The notes under the pieces were generated by a model that saw only the letters and a program-made list of their open reading frames with translations, was not told where the DNA came from and did no database searches. From Mustelus asterias (taxonomy: Eukaryota), in the NCBI RefSeq assembly GCF_964213995.1, contig NC_135817.1, positions 53,196,001 through 53,260,000 on the forward strand: a stretch of 64,000 nucleotides of DNA, given 5' to 3'. Shown piece after piece: positions 12,680 through 23,732 of this stretch (within the stretch, counting starts at the first letter, position 1; the number at the start of each line of letters is the position of its first letter). The translations under genes were made by a program, and so were the position numbers.

Positions 12680-13370
12680 CCTCGTGCGTCTCCCAAGCTA
12701 CTCTTTTTAGCATCATCAGCAACAGAGATCTCCGTAAGAGGACAAAGGCTCCAACACTGTCGTCACCATCCTTCTATATGACAGGGAGACTTTGGTCAGA
12801 TTCCAAGGCTCTGGAGAATTTCCATCAGCGGTGTCTCTACAGGAGACTCCTACGTGAACAAACTCCGGCATTCTCACCAAGACCAATTCGTCCAGCATTG
12901 CAACCATGATCGTGTGAAATCAGCTCTGTTGATCCAGACTCTGGCTCCATGCCAATTAATTGGCTTCCAAAACAAATCCCCCTTTCACAACTTATGACAC
13001 CCAATCTCAAAGAGGACACAGAAAACATTTTAAGGACAGTCGGAAGGCCTTATTAAAAAGGAGACAAATTGACATGGGTGTGTGGGTTGAGCTTGTCGTT
13101 AATCAGGCCATGTGGCGGTGCCTCATCCAACTAACTGCAACACGGCCGGAAACTGACTGCACAAACTCTACTGTGGAGGAGCGATGGAAGAGGAAAGACG
13201 GACAGCAGAGCCCTGGCTCAAGGAAACCGCCTTATTCAGAGCAACTCTTGTCCCCTCTGCACAAAGAGCTGAAGTTCCGGTGTTAACCTGCTGAATCACC
13301 TGAAGATACACAAATCCTGAAGCCCAGCAAACGTCATCCCAATTTCGAGTGACTAAGGACAACAGCAATG
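12680..13370 (+). mobile_element. Degenerate RTE-clade LINE 3' fragment
   Basis: KALENFHQRCL and RGHRKHFKDSRKALLKRRQID motifs typical of RTE ORF C-termini; multiple frameshifts. Confidence 0.65.
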
Positions 13371-14229
13371 GTAATTTGCATGGAGTCATTTGACTGTTGC
13401 TATGGAGCTGACTCACAATGTGCATCAAATGGCACCCACATTACACACAAGTTCCTGCACTAAGAGAAGCCAATTTTGAACTCTAAGGAGGTCATCAATG
13501 TTTCATAATAAGTGGCCTCTTGGAAATTACCTTTCCTAACAACCAATTAAGAAATTTGAGGCTGTATTTGTCTGGCACTGCTGAACCTGAGGCCTATTGA
13601 ACAATGTCTAGTAGAGGAGCTCACGTTGATTTCTGTGGTTGCTTTCCCAAGGAGCAAAGTGTTATCATTATTTGAGTAGTTCATTGAAGAAGGTAGACAC
13701 TCAGGGGTTGTATATATTCTCATGGTGGAGAATGTGTAGTTTACATTCCTTTTGCAAAATAAGTTTTTTTTTGAGAAACTCCCCTAAATTGTGCAAGAAT
13801 ACAATGAGAAATTGACCCCTCCACACACAAACATCCTTTTCTTTGTGCATTAACTGTTGTTGGGACTGGTGATCAGTGCACTCGGTACAGTTAGATTGTA
13901 TCAGCATCTAATATTACTGTTCATTATCCTGCCATGTTCTTTGCTTGCCTCCTGCAACTTTTCCAGACAGTAATCTGAATAATAAACTCCATAATAAACT
14001 GAATTGATTCCAGTAATCTGAATAATAAGCTCCATATGGTACTTTCAAACCATAGTGAACCTCAGTAATTCGCTTAAGTTATTTTATTTGAGACCATCTA
14101 ATTTCTTGTCCTCATTGTTCATTTTTGACAAACGTCAGTCACATGCTAAAGAATGCTGTTTGAAATAATTTCTCACTTTGACTGATCAGTATGTATTCAA
14201 CTTAGGTAGTCTTCCATAGACAGATAAAC

Positions 14230-15055
14230 AGTAAAAAGGTGGTAAAAAGATGAGCAGCATTGATCAGGGACCAAAAATTAGATTTATACATGGAGGCACA
14301 GGCATGACTGAGATACTAAATGACTACTTTGTATCCATCTTTACCAGGGAAGAAATGAAAGAAGAAGTAGTTAAAATTGATACAGAGGAGGTTTTAGAGA
14401 GGTTGACTGTACTTAAAGTTGGCACTCAAGGAGAGATGGTGACGAGGGTCAAAACTCTAGTAATGCTCTGGGAGAAACTTGTTGATTTTCTCACCGGAAA
14501 CAACACTGCCATTGTTTTGGTAAGATTTTGCCCATTGTGTCTAACTTTGGGCAAGAACGTGAAGGCAATGAAAAGGGTGCAGAAAATATTTTGGAGAATG
14601 GACAACCGTAACGTGGATAGATTGGAGAAGCTGGGGATGTTTGCATTAAAGAAGAGAAGGTTAAGAGAAGATTTGATAGAAGTGTTCAAAGTCTTGAGGG
14701 GCCTGGATGCAGTAGATAGGCAGAAACTGTCCCTGTTGGTGGAAGGGTGAGAACCAGACAACACTGATTTAAGATCACTTGCAAAAGAAACAGAGGCAAC
14801 ATGAGGAAAAACCTTTATGTAGCAAATGGTTTGGATCTAGAATGCACTGCCTGAGAGTGTGATAGAGGCAGATTCAGCCACGGATTTTAAAAGGAAGTTA
14901 CATCTTGTAATCATTTAAAGAGGAAAAACATTGCAGGGTTATGGGGAAAAGGCCGGAGAGCGGAATTAGTTGAGTAATTCTCATATAGAGAGCTAACAGA
15001 AACATAGTGGGCCAAATGGCCTCCTTTTGTGCTCTAACCATTTTGTAATTCTTTG
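14230..15055 (+). mobile_element. Degenerate, internally deleted CR1 LINE
   Basis: EILNDYFVSIFT...RLEKLGMFALKKRRLREDLIEVFKVLRGLD and a GGGCCAAATGGCCTCCT tail. Confidence 0.85.
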
Positions 15056-15249
15056 ATTTCCAAAAGCTCAAAGTATTTTCCAATGTGTTTACATGAACCG
15101 CTTTTTTTTAACGCGTCAAGTTGATCCATTTGAATAGAATATTTGATAATATATCGGCTGGGGAGTTATGAAACTAGTCTTCCATGAGATGTAAATTCTT
15201 TGGCTTTCAACTTCCCTTTTAATGAAGTGAGAATCTTTTGTACCCACAG

Positions 15250-15660
15250 AAAGCAATTTGCAAACTGTCAAAACTGAGAAGAGTATTACAGTGCTCGAGG
15301 ACAAACCGATTCAGCTGGAATGCAAGATCAGCAATCGGACCAAGCTGGATTCCCAACTGTCGGTGGTTTGGTATGCCCAGGGAACTCTGGAGCAAGTCAG
15401 ACATCCCATTCTCAGCCTGAATCGCAATTCTGTTTTTGAGTATGGCAGCTCAGAGAATAACAGTGCAAGCTTGAGGGATAGGCTGCAGTTTGAAAAAATG
15501 ACCAACGAACTCTACAGTCTGATACTGCAGCAAGCAACTCCAGCTGACACTGGCACTTACTTCTGTTATGTGGAAGAATGGCTCCTTGACCCAAATGACG
15601 TATGGTATAAACTGGGAGAGGATCAGTCTGGACTGACTACTGTCACTGTGCAACAACCAG
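15250..15660 (+). CDS. IGSF3: IGSF3 internal exon, Ig V-type domain (phase 1-1)
   Basis: Acceptor tttgtacccacag|AA and donor CCAG|gtgcag; 411 nt ESNLQTVKTEKSITVLEDKPIQLECKIS...VVWY...DTGTYFCYVEEWLLDPNDVWYKLGEDQSGLTTVTVQQP. Confidence 0.93.
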
Positions 15661-15825
15661 GTGCAGTATAGCTATTAATTTCAGTTTAGGAGAAATGCTT
15701 TATTGAAGGGTGATTTACAAAAGCTATTCCTGTAATTGGCATCATGAGATCATCTTGTTGGGAATTTTAAGACGTAGCTTAAAGGAATGAGGAATGAAGT
15801 TATACAGAAAATCAGCTGAAATCTG

Positions 15826-16996
15826 GACTGCGATTCTCCCAAAAGTGCTGAAATGGCGGGAAAACTGTTCTAAATCCCGACTGTTTTTGTCACTTCAGCT
15901 TCTCACCCGAATCTCCGCACTCTGTGCACTGGAGAGGTCCCAGTTGTGAATCTCATTAAAAACCCAGGAGGGCGGGGCCATTTGCACCAGAGTCTTGACA
16001 GCTCTGGAACTCTGCACATGCGCAGAGTTGTGATCTGTCCTGATCAGTCAGACTCCCCGTTTGCAGGCCAGCTCGATCACTGGCCAGCCCGGGATTCCCG
16101 CAGTGCTGCCCCTCCAGCCCCTCTCGACGGCCCAATCGTGGCCCCCACAACAATTCCCAGGCCAGCCCTGACCCCTCCCCCGTGCCCCCCCCCCCCCCCC
16201 CCCCCCCGCCATTCTGGAATGCCCCGATGCACAGCCCACCACCCTCCCCCCCCCCCCCCCCCCCCCCGCCCAGCAGGGATGATCCCCCACACCCTGGCAG
16301 ACGCCCCCCCACTGACCCCTCCCCGGGTCAGACCCCCCCGGAGGCAGGTACCCCCGCCCCCCGGCCAGCCCTCCCCAATCGCTGGCCTCCCTCCATCCCA
16401 GACCGATCCTGTCTGCAAAGTGGCAGCGGGACCCCCCCACCCCCACCGATCGCCCCTAGGCCCTGTCCACAATAGGCCATGCCCGTTTGGCACTGCCCAA
16501 TGCCTGGTGGGCAGTGCCAAGGCGCCCCCTGGGCATGGGCACTTTGCCCCTTGGGCAGTGCCAGGAGGCACAGGCTGGCACTGCCAGGGCGCCAATGCTC
16601 AGGAAGCACCACCTCCCTGCCGCCCAACCCCCTGGGGGGTCCCGATTGCCACCCCCTTCATTCCAGCAGGGTCTCCCACTAGTTCCCCAAATGTGGGGAG
16701 CTAGTCTGAACCCCGCCAGAATGAAGTACTCCTGGCGGGGTGGGAGATTCGATCGGGACCTGAAAGGTCCCGATAATGAACTAATAAACGTATTTAATAC
16801 ATTAAAAAAAGATTCAAATGACTTACCTGCCGTCCTGCCGGTTTCCAGCGTGGTCTGACTGCTGACTATTCGCTGGCTCTGGGAGATGCGCATGCATTCC
16901 CGGCGCACGTGCAAATCCCTGTTCAAGGTCGGCAACGTGCATCTCCCACCACAACCTGACAGAAAAATTGCAGTCGCGATGGGAGAATCGTGGCCC
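15826..16996. mobile_element. GC-rich non-autonomous TIR DNA transposon (probably Harbinger-type)
   Basis: Imperfect terminal inverted repeats GGACTGCGATTCTCCC / GGGAGAATCGTGGCCC; internal C-runs and TGGCACTGCC palindromes generate the spurious Pro/Gly-rich ORFs. Confidence 0.65.
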
Positions 16997-17721
16997 TTGT
17001 TTCTGAAATGCAATATCTTCCAGCTGTCTGATGTGTGCTGAGTTAGCATCAGTTTTAAATTACAATGTTGTTTGCATTGCAAATATAGCACAAATGCGTT
17101 GCCTGTTTTGGCACCAAATCCACAGCATAACAATGCAAATATTATCATTGCCATGCTTAAACCGCACATACAACTCCCAAATGAGCTATGTTGTCTAGCC
17201 TCCAAAACTATTGCCAAAATACAGTGCTCATCCTAGTGCCACAGTACGCATCGTACAAAGACCTTCCTCGCTGTGTGAGTTACCCCCACTCCCACATACA
17301 GGTAATGTGGGACTGGTAAGATTTAAGTGTGTGCTCTGGTTTCCTGAAAGCTTGTGAGTGCCACCATTCTGTGCACTTCTGTGTCTCAAAGGAGTTGTTT
17401 CAGTGTCATGGGATTAACACAATCCTGTCAGTTGGAAGATGCGATATTATTAATGTTAAGGTTGAATTTAGCAAGGGCACCAGATTGCCCAGTGAAATTC
17501 AGCACACTCCATTTTACTCACCTGTGACAAAATTCACCTTATTCTGCCTGTTATATTTACAGGAATCTCTCTTTTTGGTATTCCATGTTAAACAAAAGTT
17601 GCTTTTAAAATTCATGTACAACATGCATTGTAAAGTTTAACAGATTCTGTGAGCTCTTCCCGGCCAGTAACTGAACAGTGTTAATCCTGTGAGCAGCGTT
17701 GCCCTGATCAACAATATACGA

Positions 17722-18060
17722 CTTCTCGGCCTTTTGGCTAAGATCAAGTGTAGTATGGATTGGATGCTGCACTTGGTTGAGGTCATTAGGTTACATTGAA
17801 GCTTCATATGTTTCATATGAAGCAATTTTTAAAAGCGGTATCTCGGCCTTTTGGCTAAGATGCAAATGAGATCAAGTCTTGGAGGAGGAATTGCTTTCCC
17901 TCCTCCAATCAGCTTGGCCCATGTAGATCAGGCCCAGGACAGGGTAAATGGTCGCTTGCCCTGTCTTGCCAGCCTGGATCAGAAATGTCTCAACTTGTTG
18001 AGACTCTGAATTGGACTTGATTTGATTGAATTGGAAAAGTATTTAAAAAAGATTTTTTTT
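17722..18060 (+). mobile_element. U2 snRNA-headed SINE-like element with duplicated head
   Basis: 17722-17756 CTTCTCGGCCTTTTGGCTAAGATCAAGTGTAGTAT is identical to vertebrate U2 nt 5-39; second head 17841-17861 (U2 nt 7-27); candidate TSD ATACGAC at 17716-17722 and 18062-18068. Confidence 0.75.
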
Positions 18061-18204
18061 AATACGACACTTTCACAGACCAAAAGCAACGGTGTGTATT
18101 CCTCATGTTTATGCAATGGGGCAGGGGAGGAAAGCATATTTGGTGGTCACAGGGCTGTCCTTAAAGGGCCAGGAATGAGAGCTGATCTCCCATTTAAGAT
18201 ATTT

Positions 18205-19602
18205 AAGGCATCTCCCATTTCAGATAGAAATGAGGAGGATTATTTTCTCTAAGGATTGTTAATCTTTGGAAATCTCTACTCCAGAGATCAATGGAGGTTG
18301 GATCATTTATAGCAGCAAAGTGATGGAAGAGGTCATCAACTGTGCTTTCAAGCATCACTTACTCAGCAATAACCTGACCCCAAATGTTCAGTTTGGGTTC
18401 CGTCAGGGCCACTCAGCTCCTGATCTCATACAGCATTGGTCAAACAGGGACTAAAAAGCTGAATGCCAAAGGTGAGGTGAGGGTGACAGCCCTTGACATC
18501 AAGGCAGCATTTGATCGTGTGTGCATCAAGGAGCCCTAGCAAAACTGGAGTCAATGGGAAGGCGGGGGGGATTCTCTTCAGTGGTTGGAGTCATACTTGG
18601 CCTAAAGGAAAATGGTTGTGGTGATTGGAGGTCAAACATCTCAGCTGCAGGTTTCCTCAGAGTAATGCCCCAGGCCCAACCACTTTCAGCTACTTCATCA
18701 CTGGCCTTCCTTCCATCATAAGGTCAGAAATGGGAATGTTTGCAGATGACTGCACAATGTTCAGCACCATTCGCAACTCCTCAGATACTGAAGCAGTTCA
18801 TGTACAAATTCATAAACTGAATGGGACTAGCCATATAAATAGGAATATTGCAGAGAGTACTCACCTCCTGATCCCCAAAAGCCTGTCCACCATTTACAAG
18901 GCACAAGTCAGGAGTGTGATGGAATACTCTCCACTTGCCTGGATGAGTGCAACTCCAACGACACTCAAGAAGCTCAACATCATCCAGCCTGCTTGATTGC
19001 TACTCCTTCTACAAACATTCACTCCCTCCACCACAGATGAACAGTGGCAGCAATGTGTACCATCTACAAGATGCACTGCAGAAATGCATCAAGATTCCTT
19101 AGATAGCACCTTCCAAACCCATGACCATTCCCATCTAGAAGGACAAGAACAGCAGATACCTGGGAATGCCACCACCTGGAGGTTCCCTTCCAAGTCACCC
19201 ACCATCCTGACTTGGAAAAATATCGCCAGTGTTTCAATGTCACTGGGTCAAAATACTGAAATTACCTCCGTAACAGTACTGTGGTTGTGTACCTATACCT
19301 CAGGGACTGCAGTGGTTCAAGAAGGCAGCTCACCACTATCTTCTGAAGGGTAACTAGGGATGGACTATAAGTGCTGGCCTAGCCAGTGACGCCCACATCC
19401 CATAATGTGAATTTTAAAAATTAAGGCTGAGTCAGAGAGATTTTAATCTACAAGGGAGTCCAGGTTTATAGGGACAGACAGGAATGTGGAGTTAAGGCCA
19501 TGATTAGATTAGCCATGATCAGATCAGCCATGATCTTATTAAATGTCAAAGCAGGCTTGAGAGGCCAAATGGCCAACTCCTGATTCTTGTGTTCTTCTGT
19601 TC
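18205..19602 (+). mobile_element. CR1 3' end (18205-18310 and 19420-19602) interrupted by a second LINE (about 18311-19415, CR1/L2 group, RT remnants)
   Basis: Inner element encodes QFGFRQGHSAPDLI, LDIKAAFDRV, FADDCT and YKAQVRSVMEYSPLAW; the outer CR1 tail resumes at 19420 and ends GGCCAAATGGCC...TTCTTGTGTTC. Confidence 0.8.
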
Positions 19603-21429
19603 GGAAGTGTAATGAGGCATTTATACTCAAATTTCTCCAGATTATAATTGCGACATTGGTTACATGTGAACCTTTAGCAAGGCACAGATGTTATTAAATG
19701 AAAAAAAATGAAACATAGCCAAGCACAATCTAGCAATATAGTTATAGCTTGCCTGAGGCAATCTCTTTAAATCTCATTAGCGCTGCTGGTGTTAATATTG
19801 ACTTAAACACAGTCTGACTTACTTGCAAAAAAAATCTTTTGAATTGAAATAGCACCTAGACATTCATCTTTGCCTCATTTACTCACTAAATTGGTGTCCA
19901 GCTTTGGTGGCAGAAAAGGTGTGAGACATGATCAGATGTGATGGCGTGACAAATGATGCTGTCGAGATAAGAATTTATTCGAGTATGCTGAGGAGCTTGG
20001 TCCTCCTGGAATAACCTAGCAAAAATTTAAATTTCTGAGAGCTGTGATACAAAGTCCATTATAGCTGCACTGAAGCTAATAAACAGCCCACTATGGATTG
20101 GGACTTTTTGGAATGAGCTCCATATGACAGCCCACATTGTACTGGGATTAAATGTGAGCCTCCAGCACTGGCTCTGTCGGTGCAGTTTTGTTACAGGGTT
20201 ATCTTACTCCTAGTGTTAAACTGAAAGTTTCTGCAATCTATAATTGATGTCTCTAGGCACAGGCGATGTTTGGGTTATTTCCGAGTCCTGAAGTCATGCA
20301 TTTCACATGCATCTGATGGCCTCATTTTGCAGGATGCGGCCAATTAACAGGCTGCCTCCGCATTTGTTGTTCAATTAGTTGTGGTGGGCATTTCCCCAGG
20401 CTGGGCAACCGGACCTCCACAGTGCTGGCTGGCAGCTTCCAACTCTTTTGAGTTAAACTAATTAAACGAAATGAAACAAACTTAGGGACGAAATATAAGA
20501 ATTAGCTTCTTAAAGGGGAACCGCCCAAAACAAAGGCAAACCACAAATGAAATGTAAAACGTTAAACCAAAAGGTGATTAAGAGGGTCGATAAGACACCC
20601 CAGACCCTACGGTGCCCAATGGGCATGGAAGGCAGCTGGCAGCTTCCACCATGAGAGGCAGACTCTGGAGCAACAGGGAGGGGCACTGCATCTGTCATTT
20701 GTGCCCATGGAGTGATTTGAAAGTAATATGCATCTGGCTATCAGAGACACCCATATCCATCCATTCAGAACTCAGGCCTACACTGCGATATGGGCTCTCA
20801 GCAGCCTTGCCATTGCTGCCACATCACCAACCTTAGCAGTTCCGATGTTCTGACATCCCGCTGTGAAACCATCTCCTTTCACCTGCCAGGGAGCGGACAC
20901 AGTGGGGGGCTCGTGCCCTGCTCGCTGAATTTATACTCTGTCGACTAATGGAGCTTAATTGCCCTTTTAATTGCATTTTAATTGGCGACCAGCCACTGCC
21001 ATGCAGGGAGCTTCAGCCACTAGGGGCGGGTCTGGAGATAAAGTGCTTGGAGGTGGGAAGATACCATGGAACAAACATATTGTGTGTCACAATTGCAGAA
21101 AGATAACTATTGGAGGACATACTTCATTCTAGTGCTGTTGTAGAAAAGTATGATATGAAGGTGCAATAGTGTTCAGAATGTATCAACTTCTTTGCTTTGA
21201 TTTGATCTGCATCTTTTTTCTGCTTCTAATTCTTTTCCTTTTGCCTTTGCTAAAGTGGCTCTCTCATGTAGCCCTTCAGCAACACAGAGGATTGTTATTT
21301 ATTCTAACCTGTGGTCCTGGACAGCTAGGAGTCGGCAAGATGTTCAACTGTGAGAAACTATCACAGCTGAGCCCAACTCTGGCATCATCTTGAGGTCACA
21401 TCTACTGCATGAATTAAAAGTCCCATCTG

Positions 21430-21978
21430 ACTTTCTCAAGTAGTCCTCTCTGGCAATCACTCGCTAATGAGTATGATTGTCCACTGAGGAAACTCATGTT
21501 ACTGGTCATGGGTTCTGTGGATCCTTGTGTGGCTGATCCTAGATCTGCATCTCCAATCATACACTTGGCAGATGTTTCCAGTCAGTGGGATTGGCCATTG
21601 GACTTCAGATTGCTGGCAAACCTTTATCAGGCTCCTTTTCCATCAGGCTCCTTTTGCCATTAAGTGTCCTCTAAGAATTGTCCCTACAATCATAAGGTTC
21701 CTCCAGGTATGTTTCTTCTGAGCAAGGGTCTCCCAGGCATTGATGTCTATGTTGCATTTCTTGATGTAAGCCTTCAAGGTGTCTTTAAAGTGTTTCCTTT
21801 GTCCTCCTCTTGTTCGGGAGCCTTTAGCTGGGCGAAGAAGATTTGCTTTGGCAGCCAGGACTCTGACATCTTAAGCACGTGGCCAGTCCTGCCAAGTTGA
21901 TTTTGGATGATCATGGCCTTGATGTTTGTGCTCTTGGCTCCTTCAACGATGCTGATATTAGTACGCCTGTCCTTCCAG
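21430..21978 (-). mobile_element. RTE (BovB-like) LINE 3' fragment
   Basis: Revcomp translates TGHVLKMSESWLPKQIFFAQL...RGGQRKHFKDTLKAYIKKCNIDINAWETLAQK. Confidence 0.8.
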
Positions 21979-22430
21979 CTGTATATAAATTAGATTATAG
22001 ATATATAAATGAAAAGACCCATCTGAGTTTCTCAAGTACAATAAATTACACACAGGAGGGTCTGCAGGAACGGTCTGCTTAGAATTAGTCCCTTTCTGCA
22101 TCATTCAATTTTTCCCCCTGTTGGGTTGACCTAGGCAGAGATGTCTGAAAGTGGGCTTGTTCTAGCCCTTGGCTGAGGGAAATAGTGTGAATATAAGAGT
22201 AAATTCATTGATCCTGGCCTCCCAGTAGGATGCAATGCTCAGACGAGTTGTGGACTGGAGATAGGACTGCAACACTCTAACTGTGATTCTCTGAGCTACA
22301 CTGCCTTCCAGTTCTGGGACCCTCAGATAAATGAGTTTCTTTGACGGAGAGACAAATGTGTGTATTCTCAGGTCTTCACAAATTAAAACATTATAACCTG
22401 TTATTTCCTTGTTTTCAATTTCACAAACAG

Positions 22431-22847
22431 AATTTAAAATGCAAGTGGATAAAACTGAACTGAACATCAGCGTACCGGAGAAGGACCTGTTTCAGCTCGG
22501 CTGCAATGTAACCCACCGGACACAAGACAACTCCCAGTTCGCCGTATCCTGGTTCGCATGGAAGGTCAAAGAAGGTGCTGACCAAAGGGAGTCAATTTTA
22601 AAAATTGATCACAATTCAGTGTTTGGGTTCGATGTCTCACTGGATGGCGCTGAGGGAATGAAGGAGAGGCTGCAGTTAGAGAGACCGTCCAATGGATTCT
22701 ACAGTTTGACGGTTCAGAACTCTGCCAGCAGTGACACGGGGTACTACTACTGTCACGTGGAGGAGTGGATTCAAAATGCCAACAATATCTGGTATAAACT
22801 TGGCGAAGATGAGTCTGGGCTGGTCATGATCACAGTACAAGATAGAG
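22431..22847 (+). CDS. IGSF3: IGSF3 internal exon, membrane-proximal Ig V-type domain (phase 1-1)
   Basis: Acceptor tttcacaaacag|AA and donor AGAG|gtaact; 417 nt EFKMQVDKTELNISVPEKDLFQLGCNVT...VSWF...DTGYYYCHVEEWIQNANNIWYKLGEDESGLVMITVQDR, containing an EWI motif. Confidence 0.93.
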
Positions 22848-22962
22848 GTAACTTATTGACAAAATGGTGATCTTTCCTAAATCACATGCCATCACTTAAA
22901 TTAAATAATTAAATAAAATAATTTAAGTGCATTCCCACAGCTTAGCACGTGATGCGTCAGGA

Positions 22963-23284
22963 ATCATAGAATCCTAGAATCCCTACACTGCAGGAGGAGG
23001 CCATTTGGCCTATCGAGTCTGCACCGATCACAATCCCACCCAGGCCCTATTCCCGTAACCCCACATATTTACCTTGCTAATCCCCCTGACACTAAGGGTC
23101 AATTTAGCATGGCCAATCAATCTAAACCGCACATCTTTTGTCTGTGGGAGGAAACCGGAGCACCCGGAGGAAACTCACGCAGACACGGAGAGAATGTGCA
23201 AACTCCACACAGACAATGACCCGAGGCCAGAATTGGACCCGGATCCCTGGCACTGTGAGGGAGCAGAGCTAACCACTGTGCCGC
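22963..23284 (-). mobile_element. HE1-type V-SINE
   Basis: Full head, V-domain and (TAGAATC)n CR1-type tail. Confidence 0.9.
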
Positions 23285-23321
23285 TTCATGAATACTTCAT
23301 GAAGGTGGCCAGATTTTGACC

Positions 23322-23549
23322 GGATAATAGCAAGTTACTGCAAATGCCGGAATCTGAAACAAAAACAGAAAATATTGGAAAATCTCAGCAGGTCTGACTG
23401 CATCTGTGGGGAGAGAACAGAGCCAATGTTTCGAGTCTAGATGACCCTTCGTCACACCAGCTCTGATGAAGGGTCGTCCAGACTCGAAATGTCAACTCTA
23501 TTCTCTCTCCACAGATGCAGTCAGATCTGCTGAGATTTTCCAGCATTTT
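23322..23549. mobile_element. Palindromic PLE-derived element with two divergent minimal hammerhead motifs
   Basis: Arms 23368-23455 and 23463-23550 are inverted; CTGATGA-AGGGTC-GTCCA-GACTC-GAAA-TGTC at 23463-23493; 12-bp direct repeat CAGATTTTGACC at 23310-23321 and 23550-23561. Confidence 0.8.
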
Positions 23550-23732
23550 CAGATTTTGACCAGCCTTGAAGGTTGATGGGAAAAATTAAAGGATTGCAGA
23601 CACTTAAAAGGCCATTGAATACCTGTTCGGTCCACGTGTGAGCAGTGCATTAGCTGAGGTGCTGGCTGCAAATGAGCTACAAACATAACATCAATCTCTC
23701 AGAGCTGCACTGAAGTGTCAGCTTATATTTGT

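Noticed and set aside
15946-17217. Long Pro/Gly-rich ORFs (up to 253 aa) on both strands
   Set aside because: They arise from GC-rich, C-run-containing transposon sequence with no domain signature; homopolymer lengths may also be inaccurate.
17722-17756. Functional U2 snRNA gene
   Set aside because: Homology stops at nt 39 of about 188; no Sm site or 3' stem-loops.
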